NCBI RefSeq assembly: GCF_035084215.1
Contig: NC_090359.1
Location: forward strand, 20,398,001 to 20,462,000
Direction of reading: 5' to 3'
DNA length: 64,000 bases
DNA from: Heptranchias perlo
Lineage: Eukaryota
Under the pieces are notes generated by a model that saw nothing but the letters and a program-made list of their open reading frames with translations, searched no databases and was not told the DNA's origin. The translations under genes and the position numbers were made by a program. Shown in pieces: positions 24,556 through 37,901 of the stretch (positions are counted from its first letter, which is position 1; the number at the start of each line of letters is the position of its first letter).

Positions 24556-27363
24556 TTATCAAATGACCAATAAAGCAGTGACTACTTGTATCTTCTAATG
24601 GCTGGTTGCTCATTTGTCACTGCATGTTGAGGGCAAGTTAGTTAACACTCAGCCATCCTCCATTGGTTCCTTCTGTTGAAATGGGGTTTAATGGGTCCAC
24701 GTACCTATTGGATCCAGGGCTTTATAAATAGAGGAGGCAGAGAGTACAGAAGGAAGGAAGTCATGATGAACCTTTTATAAAACACTGGTTCAGCCACAAG
24801 TGGAGTGTTGTCCAATTCTGGGCACCGCACTTTAGGAAGGATGTGAAGACGTTGCAGATAGGATTTGCTGGAATGGTTCTGGGGATGAGGGACTTCAGTT
24901 ATGTGGGTGGACTGGAGAAGTTGGGCTTGTTCTCTTAACCTTCTCTGCTGTAAGTAGAATTGATGGAAGTGTTACATGATGGGTTTTGATAAAGTCCATA
25001 GAGAAACTGTTACCAATGGTGGAAGGGTTGAGATCCAGAGGACAGATTTATAGCGATTGGTTAAAAAAAACCAAATGCGATGTGAGGTGAAACTTTTTTA
25101 TGCAGCGAGTAGTTACAATGTGGAATGTGCTGCCTGACAGTGTGATGGGAGCGGATTCAGTCACTGCTTTCAAAAAGGAATTGGATAAATATTTGCAGGG
25201 CTGCAGGGAAAGAGTGGGGGAATGGGACGAACTGGATTGGTCTTACAAAGAGCTGGGATGGGCCAAATGGCCGCCTTCTGTGTTTCTATTGTATGTAATT
25301 AGTGGCACAATGGCTGGTGTATTCAGGCCGAGTTCAGGGATGGGTGGTGGGTATAATTAATGCCCAGACCCCTCTTTTGGGGGAAGGTGCCAATGAGTTG
25401 CAGAGCAGTGGTACTGGCCTGAGGTACTGGTGTGTGCTGGCTGTTGGGCCGAAGTTATTTCATTGTCTCCTTTTGGTGCTCTGTGGCCAATAATAATAAA
25501 ACCCCAAATGGGCTCAGAGTTCCAGTGTGGAGCTACTTGTCCAAAGACTACTGGGGTTTAAGGATGGTGGACTTGGAACTTTTCCCAAGATTGAAGACCT
25601 CTGCCCTTTCTCTGAAGACTCTTGGACAGTGGGGCTTTCGGTCAATCTGTGTCCTCTGCACTTTTTTCCCTGAGTCTCATTGCCCAGAGCACCTGCTGTT
25701 TAGTCTGGAATCAAACCCCTTCCTGTTACAGGGTGAGTTTGAGTGCTCTCCATCAACTCTCAAATGACCTCTAGTTTAGCTGGCTAGGATCGACTAACCC
25801 TGTTTGTGTTTAAGGAGATCTGGGAGCTTTTGCTAGTGGAGGCACCAAAACCCTTTGTAGGGTGGGATCTTGACTCTTCCATTGGGTCCAGTATCTATGA
25901 GCTTGCTTTACAGACTGGGCCAGGAGTGGGTTTGTACCATTTCTGGCCTGGATACACTTTGCTCTTGTTGCTGTACTTTCCCTATTGTCTAATTCACCCT
26001 GCCGTGTAAATGGGGTGACTGGCTCCCAATGGGAGCTGGCACTGTTACACACTATTATACAACTGTTATACTGCATCTTCCCCTGGGTGAAGGGTAGGAC
26101 CTGACCTTAGCCAGGATCCAAATAATTGCAGAGGTTAGGGGGTTTTGAACTAGTTGGCATCTCTGTGTAGAGAAGAAAAGGAGCTGCTAATTGAGAACTT
26201 TCACAATTCCATCTTTTGTTTTCTTCCTTCCCAAGTGCTGAGACCATCTCCCTGCATGAGGTTGATTTTGGGTATGGAAGAGTTTCCTTATGAGGAAAGT
26301 TTGAACAGGTTGGGTCTTTACTCATTGGAGTTTAGAAGAATGAGAGGAGATCTTATTGAAACATACAAGATTCTGAGTGGACTCGATAGGGTAGATGCTG
26401 AGAGGATGTTACCCCTCATGGGGGAATCTAAAACTAGGGGGCATAGTCTCAGAATACAAGGTCACCCGTTTAAGATGGAAATGAGGAGGAATTTCTTCTC
26501 CCAGAGGGTCGTGAATCTTTGGAATTCTTTACCCCAAAAAGCTGTGGAGGCTGAGTCATGGAATACATTCAAGGCTGAGTGAGACACATTTTTGATCAGC
26601 AAGGGAGTCAAAGGATATGGGGAAAGGGCGGGAAAGTGGAGTTGAGGCCAGAATCAGATCAGCCATGATCTCATTAAATGGCAGAGCAGTCTCGAGGGGC
26701 CGAACGGCCGACTCCTGCTCCTATCTCTTATGGTCTCTTTGCATCTCCACTGTCAGCTTGTTCAATCCCTTGCTCCTGTCTGGGTTTGGACTGAGCACAA
26801 GGTGGGCTCCCTAATGGAGCCTCCAGTGTCACTGCCCCCTATTGGGTGTTGAGTCCTCAAAGCCACGGCCCACAACAATCATCCAAGAAGAGTTAAAGAT
26901 GCAGTCATATCAGTGGGGGGAGGGGCTGAACTTTGTGAACCCAATCATTGACCTGAGTGGCCCCAGTCTGGGCCTTGCCATCGATTTTACTCTTGTTTTT
27001 GCCCCTCTGAATTCCCTGTGGATGTTGATTGCTCTATTATGGGCTGTCTCCCTGGTTACGGCATTGCACGAAAGCAGCCTCCCACCACAATCACACAAAC
27101 TCAAAAGTTACAGACCACAACTGAACCCGACAGCTCACAACAGAGCCCAGGACAAGTCACATTAAAATTCTAAATAGGGGAATCTCGAATGTTTTAATTA
27201 AATAAAACTCATCACTGCTCTAATCCCACGAGTTTATTGCCAAACCCTCGCTAACCAGTGTAGTGAGAGAAATGGTCAAATAAAACCAGCTGATTGCACT
27301 CACACCAAAGATCAGCCGTCTCCTCTCAAAGTTGCTGCATCGACATTTGAAGGATGTAAATCT

Positions 27364-27587
27364 TCACATAAGACAACAGTCGGGCAAGGCCCAGAAAGTT
27401 CCTTTGCAGTGGGGAGGAACACCCTCACCAGTCCGTGTGCTGCTTTTCTGGGGTGACACGGCGGAGGCCCGGGTGAGCTGGTGTAACTCCGGCAGCAGGG
27501 AATGGGCCCCATTGACCCAGGAAGAAGGAGGTCTCTGATTCCCCCCCGAGCTGTGCTCGGCCTCACTCGGAGATGTTTGATTCTGTC
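27364..27587 (-). other. Candidate orphan terminal exon ending in CaaX (..PDCCLM*); copies at 1-197 (cut by window edge) and 17074-17301 (+4 frameshift)
   Basis: Minus-strand acceptor ttattttccag, 74-codon phase-1 frame to TGA, AATAAA 126 nt downstream (tttatt 27233-27238). Upstream exons not found. Confidence 0.4.
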
Positions 27588-27791
27588 CTGGAAAATAACG
27601 GGCAAATGAAGAATCGATCAGAGTGATAAATGTGTTCGAGGATTCATTAAAACAGGAGCACTCTCGGATTGAGAGTTTATTCTTGGTGTAAATGTTATGG
27701 TCATTGAGGTGAGGGATGTTATTGCTGCAAAATGGGACAGGTTTGATTTGAAGACTGTCATGACGGACAAATTCAAGGTCAACCACAGAAC

Positions 27792-28328
27792 GGGTTAGAT
27801 ACAGAGTAAAGCTCCCTCTACACTGTCCCATCAAACACTCGCAGGGCAGGTACAGCACGGGTTAGATACAGAGTAAAGCTCCCTCTGCACTGTCCCATCA
27901 AACACTCCCAGGGCAGGTACAGCACGGGTTAGATACAGAGTAAAGCTCCCTCTGCACTGTCCCATCAAACACTCCCAGGGCAGGTACAGCACGGGTTAGA
28001 TACAGAGTAAAGCTCCCTCTACACTGTCCCATCATCACTCCCAGGACAGGTACAGCACGGGTTAGATACAGAGTAAAGCTCACTCTACACTGTCCCATCA
28101 AACACTCCCAGGGCAGGTACAGCACGGGTTACATACAGAGTAAAGCTCCCTCTACACTGTCCCATCATCACTCCCAGGACAGGTACAGCTCGGGTTAGAT
28201 ACAGAGTAAAGCTCACTCTACACTGTCCCATCATCACTCCCAGGACAGGTACAGCTCGGGTTAGATACAGAGTAAAGCTCACTCTACACTGTCCCATCAA
28301 ACACTCCCAGGGTGGGTACAGCACGGGT
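27792..28328 (+). repeat. 67-bp satellite, ~8 uninterrupted units
   Basis: Same unit; several units carry a catcatcact..caggac variant. Confidence 0.95.
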
Positions 28329-29536
28329 CAGGTGCAGTGTAACTCTCCCTCTGATCTACGTGAACAGGATACTCAAATCGCCCCCTCAGAGGAGCGCTCC
28401 CTATTACCGCCCCCTCCCTCCCACAAACTCTGCATTTCTTCAAGTCCAGCCTCTTCTCCAGCCCCCACTCCCTTTTCCCCATCATTTCCTGTCCTGCCTT
28501 CACCCGTTTAAATCCCACACTCTGGAATGTCCTCCCTAATCCCCTCCACCCTCCCCAATATCTCCTTTGGTTCGCTGTCCATTTCTCTCTGATTACACCT
28601 CTGTGAAGGACCTTGGGATGTTTCGCTCCGTTAAAGGGGTGATATAATCACAAGTTATTGTTCCCCCAGTGTGACAGGCCCCATTCCCCATCACCCCATT
28701 TATCAGACTGGACCAAACAGGACAATTGGAATGAGAGTTACTTTGCCTCTACTTTGGAGTTTGAGTTTGGACAGTCTGATTCCTCTCCATGATGTCCTTT
28801 TAGTTACCAGCAGGGGGTGGGCGAGGGGGCCCTTGTCCTGTTTTGCAGGCCACGGGTCAGGGGCAATGGGCAAAGCTCAGTCCCACAGTGATCATCTATA
28901 AGGGCCCCCTCCCCACAAGGGACAGGACCCCACCAACAAGAACAAACAGTCTGCCTGAACCAACATCCCAAAGTACATGAAAACTGACCAAAGCCCCAAC
29001 TTTCAGATCCGGTTCAACGAGGCGACGATCCCGCCCGGCTCCGGCCAGTTGTAGAAGCTGCCGGAAAACCCATCCGACGCTGAGTGCCCGCGCGCCAGGC
29101 TCCCTGGGCAGGAGCGTGCGGTGCCCACCGATAGGCTCGAGGCCTTCCACGACCGGTGGGCACCGCAAGGAATGGAGCGAATTATTGAGAGGAGCAGCAA
29201 TATTAGGATTTAGCTTTAGTTATAAGTCTCCTTTTGTTTTGTTGAAAGTACATTTTACGTTTGACTTCCTTCATTAGTGGCGCCCCTTAAAATGGTCGGG
29301 GGAGGGGCGGGGTGGTGGGGCGGGGTGGTGGGGGGGGATGGGCGGGGTTGGGGGAGGTGTAAATTTGTGCAACTCAGTGTCGTCCTTATGGACTGTTTAA
29401 TAAAAAGAGGCTCCCTGGGTCGGAGCCACAGACTGTCACCCTCCCAGACAACAATCCCATTCGATCAACGCTAATTAATTCATCAGTCTCTAAGGGTAAA
29501 GGACCCCACCCCCCGGCAATAAATCCATTCGTTCTG

Positions 29537-30008
29537 TCTTTTTTTTGTTTAAGCCCCTTATAAAGTGGAGGGAGGGGGTTTAGAGATAAACGTGTCCCAG
29601 TTTTTTTATTGATGATGGGAGACCCGTGTCATCCCGACAGATCAATTAGAAAAAAGAACCAAATTCAATCATAATTTTATTGTCTGTAACCACGATGCAC
29701 TCCGGTCCCTGCGGTGCCCACCGGTCGGGGAAAGCCTCGAGGGTACCGGCAGACACCGCGTGCTCCCTCTCCAGGGCCACCCGGGCACGGAGAATGCCGC
29801 GGAAGAGAGGCAGAGAGTCGGAGCGACCGCCCCCACGGGCCACAACCAACCTGGACCTGTGGATAGCCACCTTGGACAGGCCCAGGAGCAGGCCCACGAG
29901 GACGTCCACCGACCTCTCCGCCCCTCCCTCCTCACCGGGCGGCCAAAGATCAGGAGCGTGGGACTCAAGTGCAGCCAGAACTTGAGGAGCTGCCCCTTTA
30001 AATACGAA
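29537..30008 (-). mobile_element. Tx1-like fragment ii alone
   Basis: Joined directly to the promoter via aataagaaattgttgtcac. Confidence 0.75.
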
Positions 30009-30062
30009 ACTTTTAATAAGAAATTGTTGTCACGAGGTTAGTCTATCGATCTCGTTGAGCCT

Positions 30063-30107
30063 CATCTGGTCCAATTGGAGTCAGGTGAGTGCAGGTTGTG
30101 TATAAAA
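30063..30107 (+). promoter_or_regulatory. Type-A zp3 core promoter
   Basis: CATCTG, CCAATTGG, CAGGTG, TATAAAA 30101. Confidence 0.8.
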
Positions 30108-30151
30108 GGTGCAGGTCGGTCAGTAAAGTGATAGTTGAGTTGTTTGGTATC

Positions 30152-33004
30152 ATGGGGGATTGTGTGGTGAGGGGTTTAGTCCCAGTGCTGGTGTTAGTCG
30201 GATCTGTTTGTTGCTCTGATATTTGGCAACAGTTTAGAGGCCAGAGATTTCCATGGAGAAGAGTAAAACCCACCCCTGTACCTCAGAGAGTCCCACCCCC
30301 TGGGCCTCCCTCTGGTTCCCATTTCAGCCTGTCTGAGGGGAGAAGTCTGTCCTCACTGCAGACTGTGATGGTGCAGTGTGGAGAGCAGAACCTCCTGGTG
30401 AGGGTAGACATGGATTTATTTAGAACCAGGCACCTGATTAAAGCTGCTGACCTGACCCTGGGGACAGCAGGTTGTCGGCCAACTGGGATCTACTCTCAGA
30501 ACCACACTGTCCTCTTTGACTATGGGCTCCATGAATGTGGCAGCAGATTGCAGGTAATGTGATTCCTCAACTCTTGCTCCAATTTCCCTGTGTAGATTAC
30601 TCCTCACTCTGAGCTCATTCACATTGGGTGAAACTCCAGCCACTTAGTTTGAGGAGATCCCTGAACTCTTCCTCCAATCCCTGTACAGGTTCTTGACATG
30701 TTAACTCACACCCAGTGTGAAACTACTTTGTTGACATGTCTCTTATCTTTTATTTTAAAAGATTCTAATTTGTCTCCTACACACTACAACTTTCTTTAAC
30801 TGGTCTTTCCCATTCTCTAACTTTGATTTTCAATTCTATTGGCCTTGCGCCTTCACCTACATTTCCCCAAACAAGTCCTTCCTTTTGTTCCTCTGTAGAT
30901 TTATCCTTTTCCTTCTCATGGATATTCTGGTCTGTTGCCTCAACTTCAGGTCAATGGATGTTCAGGGTTGTCGAACCTGTTGGGACTTCTCTTGAAAGAC
31001 TAAACGAGTGGGATAATTGGTCTACAATGTATTAAAGGGAACTCTACTTTTGGTTCTTAGACCTGCCGACACCCTCCATGATTCCACGGACACAGATGAG
31101 GTTTAAAAGTGATGTTGTGTTTAGTGCTCCATCCCAGGGGTCAATTGAAGCCCCTTACGGTGGAAGCTCTATTCTACATAGGGTAGAATTCTCATCTAAC
31201 CTGGCCGAGCCAAATCATTTCAGGGTTTCTGACTGCAGGCCTGAAGTCCCCTGTAATAGAAGGTGGACTGAGCAGAGTAACAGAGGCTGCTTCAGGCAAC
31301 TTCACTCAATGGAGGAGCTGCTTCAATCATGTGTCATTGGGGAGCAACTGAAACCCCTCAAACTGCTGCTTAACAGGGCAGGAAAATGACCAGAAATAGC
31401 TTTTGTCCAATGAGACCAGCTCTTCATTCCTTCACCTGATGTCTTTCAGATGGCTGGAGATTTCCTGGTCTACACCACCCACCTGAACCACACCCCAAAT
31501 GCTGGTGGATCAGTCATTGTGAGAACTAATGGAGCTGTCATTCCCATCCAGTGCCACTATTTGAGGTAAGAATCTTTACTCTGTTGCTATTCTGATCTAC
31601 GGCTGCTGTAATTCTCTGAACTTGTCCTGAAATGACTCCACTGTCCTTTCCAGGAAGGGCAATGTGAGCAGTAACCCCATCAAGCCCACCTGGATCCCAT
31701 TCAGCTCGACCAAGTCTGGAGAAGGGCTTCTGTCATTCTCACTGCGTCTAATGAACGGTATGTGATGGGTGGACAGGGAGGGCTTTCCTGTCGTTGCCCA
31801 ATGGGAGTTACACCCACTGTCTCCAACTCTTGTTCTTCAGATGACTGGCTTACAGAGCGCACCTCGACTGTCTACTACCTGGGTGACCTCATTCACATTG
31901 AGGCCTCTGTTTCAATGACCAACCACATGCCCCTGAAGCTCTGCATTGACAGCTGTGCAGCTACATTGAGCCCAGACAAGGATTCCACCCCAAGATACAA
32001 CATCATTGACTACCATGGGTAAGGAGCTCTCTGCTTTCTCCAGCTGCTCTCCTCTCAATGGCTTCACTTGATTCACTTCATGGCCCTTTTTTTGAATCTT
32101 CAGTTGCCTCCTGGACAGCAAAGCCGAGGACTCCTTTTCAACCTTTGTGTTGCCCGGAGATGAACGTGAGCTGGACAAACTCCAGTTTGACCTGGATGCG
32201 TTCCGTTTCTTTGGAGATGACCGTTCCCTGGTAAGAGGAAGCCGATCATTGGGTTCCCCATGTTGGGAGGGGAGTCACTGAATAACAACTTGTATTGAAT
32301 GTGTCCCTCAGATTTTCATCACCTGTCACCTGAAAGTTGCTGCAGTGGATCGGAGAGATTCCATGAACAAAGCTTGTACTTTCCACAAGATGCAGAATGT
32401 GTAAGTTCCCTTTCTCCCACGGGGATGTGTTGTGTGAAGTGATGCACAACCTGGTTGATAAACTGATTCTCTGGTTTAGCTGGATCCCATTGGAAGAATC
32501 GACCAATGATGTATGTGCCTGTTGTCGTCTGGGCAACTGCAGTGTCACGAGGGAATTCCGACTTGATTCCAGAGGAAGGAGGGATCTTGTATCTGGACCT
32601 GGTAGGACATTGATCCTCTCTATGTTGGAGGTCACCCTTTACCCTCTCTAACTGGAATGTTTGATATTGCAGAGAGTGATGCTGAATTGAAGTGGGAGGG
32701 TGAGGCCTCACTTGGACCCCTGGTCATTCTGGATCCTGATGTGACAGACCTGGCAACTGAGCCCCTGAATGAGGTTGAGCAAAGGATGCAGGAGAGGTCT
32801 CCAGGTGGTGAGTTGGCTGACTGCTAGTTTCCATTTTCCCCTCAGTATTTCCTTCACTCACCATTGGTTTCTTGTTGCTTTTTAGGTGTGGAGTCTGAGG
32901 TGGTCCTGATCTTGGCCCTGACTGTGAGCGCTGTCTCTCTGATCTCTGCTTCTTTGATCGCCTTGTTCCTGCACAGGAAACACAAGCAAACCCAGTTCAA
33001 CTAG
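30152..33004 (+). CDS. zp3: ZP3-like protein, copy 4 (type A / 3' type X), 463 aa
   Basis: Exons 30152-30553, 31450-31565, 31654-31757, 31841-32018, 32104-32230, 32312-32400, 32480-32601, 32673-32807, 32886-33004; intact; Y>C at 31942. Confidence 0.92.
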
Positions 33005-34949
33005 TTATCAAATGACCAATAAAGCAGTGACTACTTGTATCTTCTAATGGCTGGTTGCTCATTTGTCACTGGATGTTGTGTGGGCTGGAGACAGACCATA
33101 AGTGCCAGTTATCAAATCATCAATAAAGTGATTGAATGAGGAACAAATCTCATTGCAGTGAATTTGATTTGGTTGCTGACTGAAGACTAGTGTAATAACT
33201 AGCTATACAAATGTTCCATGTTCATTGTTAATGAAATGTTTATTGGTCTTGAGGGGTTCTCCTGGTCTTGAGTATCTGTGTGGTGTGAGTTTGACCAGCC
33301 TGACTGTAGTCTCCCTGATCCTCTGACCGTGGGGATATTGAGTCCCACTGAACTGTGCCAAGTTCTCAGTGATTGGGAGCATTTTGTAAATTGATGTTAA
33401 TTTGCTGGTCTTGTCATAGGATCATGTTCTACCATTCAATTAGATCATGGCTAATCTCTTCACCCCCATCGACCCACCTTGGTTCCATAAACCCTCAATA
33501 CCCTTACCTAACACACACCTATTGATCAGTTTCGAAATTCTCAATTAATCTCCTTCACCAGCTTTTGGGAGAGTTCCAGATTTCCACTCCCCTTTGTGTG
33601 AAGAAGTGCTTCCTGACATCACCCCTGAACGGCGTGGCTCTAATTTTAAGGTTATGCCCCCTTGTTCCAGACTCTCCTGACCAGTAGGAATACTCTCTCT
33701 CTCTCTCTCTCTCTCTACCTGAGCAAATCCTTTAATCATCTTAAACATCTCAATTAAATCACCCCTTTACCTTCTGCAGACAAGGGAATACAAGCCTTGT
33801 GTGTGCAACCTGTCCTCATAACTTAACCCCTTTCGCTCCAGTATCCTTCCTGAGCTTCGCTGCCCAGAACTGAACGCAGTATTTAAATGGGGTCTGACCA
33901 GAGCTTTATCTAACTGTAGCATAACTTCCATCCCTCCTGAGATAAAGACCAACATCCCTTTCGCCTGCTAAATTATTTTTGTACCTGTTCATTAGCTTTT
34001 AGTGATTCCTGTACTTGGACCCCTCAATCTCTCTGCTCCTCCACAGTTCCGAGCGATTCACCATTTTGAAAATACTCTGATCTTTCGTGGGTGTAAAGTG
34101 GGTGACCTCACCCTCCCCCCATGGTGAACTCCACCTGCCACAATTTTGCCCACTCACTTAATCTATCAATGTCCCTTTGAAACGTTCTGCTCCCGTCTAC
34201 ACTATTGTGTCACCTCACTTAGTGTCATCAGCAAACTTGGATATACAGCTCTCTATTCCTTCATCCAAGTCCGTTATAAATAGAGTGAAAAGCTGAGGCC
34301 CCAGTACAGATCCCTGGGGGACACCACTGGTCACATCCTGCCAATTTGAGTACAGACCCATTATCCCCACCCTGTCTCCTAACCAATTCTCTACCCTCAT
34401 CAATAGGTTGCCTCCAATTCCGGATATTTCTCATTTTTGTGACTAGTCTCTTATGTGGAACGCTATCGAATGCCTCCTGGAATTCCACATAAATAACATC
34501 CATGGATATTCCCTCATCGACCCCGTTAGTGACCTCAACAAATTTAACTGGGTTTGTTAAACATGACTTATCCTTTACAATCCATGCTGGCTCCATCTTT
34601 ATCCAAGTGCTCAGTCACTGCCCCTGACAACAGATTCCAGTCGATTAATGTCTCTCATTATCTCTCCTCCCAATAATGGAGTGACATTGGCAATTTTCCA
34701 ATCCAAGGGGACAATTCCTGAGGAATCTTATCTCCAATAAAAAGTGCCCCTGGGAAGGAGGCATCCCCTTGAGTTGCTAAACATCTCGATGTGACATCAG
34801 TGTAGAATCTACAACTTTTATATAAAAAGAGCAAACGACCCGCTAAACAGCCGGGGCCCAATTGTGATTCAGTTACAGTACTGGGTCACCAACAGCAGGT
34901 GGCACAGCACCCACACCAATTATTTTGAGCACATCCTTGTCCCCCTAGT

Positions 34950-36370
34950 GGCACTGCCCGGTCACTACAGGAGCGGGGCACTGCCCGGTCACTACAGGAG
35001 CCGGGCACTGCCCGGTCACGACTGGAGCCGGGCACTGCCCGGTCACTACAGGAGCCGGGCACTGCCCGGTCACTACTGGAGCCGGGCACTGCCCGGTCAC
35101 TACAGGAGCCGGGCACTGCCCGGTCACCACAGGAGCCGGGCACTGCCCGGTCACCACAGGAGCCGGGCACTGCCCGGTCACCACAGGAGCTGGGCACTGC
35201 CCGGTCACGACTGGAGCCGGGCACTGCCCGGTCACCACAGGAGCCGGGCACTGCCCGGTCACTACTGGAGCCGGGCACTGCCCGGTCACTACAGGAGCCG
35301 GGCACTGCCCGGTCACAACAGGAGCCGGGCACTGCCCGGTCACAACAGGAGCCGGGAACTGCCCGGTCACCACAGGAGCTGGGCACTGCCCGGTCACGAC
35401 TGGAGCCGGGCACTGCCCGGTCACTACAGGAACTGGGCACTGCCCGGTCACCACAGGAACCGGGCACTGCCCGGTCACCACAGGAGCCGGGCACAGCCCG
35501 GTCACCACAGGAGCCGGGCACTGCCCGGTCACCACAGGAGCCGGGCACTGACCGGTCACCACTGGAGCCGGGCACTGCCCGGTCACTACAGGAGCCGGGC
35601 ACTGCCCGGTCACAACAGGAGCCGGGCACTGCCCGGTCACAACAGGAGCCGGGCACTGCCCGGTCACCACAGGAGCTGGGCACTGCCCGATCACGACTGG
35701 AGCCGGGCACTGCCCGGTCACCACAGGAGCCGGGCACTGCCCGGTCACTACTGGAGCCGGGCATTGCCCGGTCACCACAGGAACCGGGCACTGCCCGGTC
35801 ACCACAGGAGCCGGGCACTGCCCGGTCACCACAGGAGCCGGGCACTGCCCGGTCACCACTGGAGCCGGGCACTGCCCGGTCACTACAGGAGCCGGGCACT
35901 GCCCGGTCACAACAGGAGCCGGGCACTGCCCGGTCACAACAGGAGCCGGGCACTGCCCGGTCACCACAGGAGCTGGGCACTGCCCGGTCACGACTGGAGC
36001 CGGGCACTGCCCGGTCACCACAGGAGCCGGGCACTGCCCGGTCACTACTGGAGCCGGGCACTGCCCGGTCACTACAGGAACCGGGCACTGCCCGGTCACC
36101 ACTGGAACCGGGCACTGCCCGGTCACCACAGGAGCCGGGCACTGCCCGGTCACCACAGGAGCCGGGCACTGCCCGGTCACCACAGGAGCCGGGCACTGCC
36201 CGGTCACCACAGGAGCCGGGCACTGCCCGGTCAATACAGGAGCCGGGCACTGCCCGATCAATACAGGAGCCGGGCACTGCCCGGTCACCGCAGGAGCCGG
36301 GCACTGCCCGGTCACCACAGGAGCCGGGCACTGCCCGGTCAATACAGGAGCCTGGCACTGCCCGGTCACC
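34950..36370. repeat. 27-bp VNTR, ~52 units
   Basis: Same unit as 9350-9905; no indels (ORFs stay in frame across the array). Confidence 0.95.
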
Positions 36371-37618
36371 GTTCCCTGTGTGAAAACTCTTGTGAATATT
36401 AACTTATTACTGTGAATACAGAGAGACGCCGGGACAACAAAGGAAAAGTCTGACAGTCTCACTCGGGTTTACTGAGAGTTTGCACAAAGTCTCGAGCACA
36501 ACATACAAACGATGGCTGTGCATTTATAACCTGCCTTCTCCAGCCTCCCAATACATACGCAGAATTATAGAAGCTGTTATCTGGGCTGAATGGCCTACTC
36601 CTGCTCCTATTTTCTATGTGAACCAATCCACATTGTATTTTCTCACAGCAAGACCCCCTGCAGGCACTATTTCGAAGGAGAGCGGGGGAGTTCTCCCTGG
36701 TGTCCAGATTATCTGGTCATTTATCACTTTGCTGCTTGTGGGATCTTGCTGTGCGCAAATTGGCTGCTGCGTTTCCTACATTACAACAGTGACCACACTT
36801 AATAAAACACTAAGGGTGGGGTGTGGGGGGATATACAGACTGGGACAAGCCTTCTGACACTTGCTGTCTCCGATCGCACAGGAGGAGCAGTCACTTGATC
36901 GAACTACAGGACGTCCCAAACGTTTTACAGCCAATGAAGTACATTTTGAAGTGTAGTCACTGTTGTAATGTGGGAAACACGGCAGCCAATTTGCGCACAG
37001 CAAGATCCCACAAACAGCAATGAGATAAATGACCAGATCATCTGTTTTAGTGATGATGGTTGAGGGATAAATATTGGCCCAGGACACGGGGAGAACTCCT
37101 CTCTCTTCTTCGAAATAGAGGGCGTGGGATCTTTTACGTCCACCTGAGAGGGGCCTCCGTTTAACATCTCAACGGAAAGGCGGCCCCTCCGACAGTGCAG
37201 CACTCCCTCAGTACGGGCACTGGGGGTGTCGGCCTGGATAATGTGCTCAAGTCTCTGGATTGGGGCCACCCAGTGAGGAAGGTTGGGGCGGGCAGGTCGG
37301 AGGGTCTCCTCGTGGGCCTGCTCCTGGGCCTGGCCAAGGTGACCATCCACAGGTCCAGGTTGGACGCGGCCTGTGGGGGGCGGTCTCTCCGACTGTCTGC
37401 CTGTCTTCCGCTGCGTTCTCCGCGCCCGGGTGATCCCTGGAGAGGGAGCACGCGGTGTTTGCCGGTACGCTCGAGGCTTTCCGCGGCCGGTGGGCACCGC
37501 AGGGACCGGAGCCCCTATCGTTCAGTATTATGATTGAATTTGATAAGTTTCCTTTGCTTTTTTATGATTTGGGTGATTATCGTTTGTGCCCCTCTCAGGA
37601 GGGGGCACTTTAGTTGAG

Positions 37619-37851
37619 ATTGGTTGTTCGGGGGGGTTTTATGATGGTTACACAAGAAGAGGAGACCCAGATTGTCTGCAACCTGGACTAATTCCATTGG
37701 ATCATCTCCCAATCACTAACCCAGTCTCTCCGTGTGAAGATCTTTTGCGAGACCAACCAATGAGTGAGATTGTTGGAAGATGTCATGAGATTAGTCTATT
37801 GGTCGTTTATCCAATTGGTGTCAGGTGACTGACTACAGGCTGTGTATAAAA
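37619..37851 (+). promoter_or_regulatory. Type-B zp3 promoter
   Basis: CCAAT cluster, CCAATTGG 37811, CAGGTG, TATAAAA 37845. Confidence 0.8.
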
Positions 37852-37901
37852 GGGATCAGTGACTCCCTTCAGTTCCCAGTTGAGCTGTAATAGTTTGTAT
37901 T

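Larger units (their letters stand above)
24629..30151. repeat. Intergenic spacer type Y, short version (no LINE, no Tx1-iii)
   Basis: Colinear with 14334-21701 except for the two missing insertions. Confidence 0.95.
33078..37901. repeat. Intergenic spacer type X, copy 2
   Basis: Colinear with 7524-11431. Confidence 0.95.

Noticed and set aside
33693-33716. (TC)n tract, also (GA)n near 50740
   Set aside because: Ordinary microsatellites.
34864-36402. 512-aa (ALPGHHRSR)n and 490-aa (DRAVPGSCG)n ORFs as genes
   Set aside because: Stop-free only because the unit is a multiple of 3; the common variants are nonsynonymous in these frames and the starts are non-ATG.
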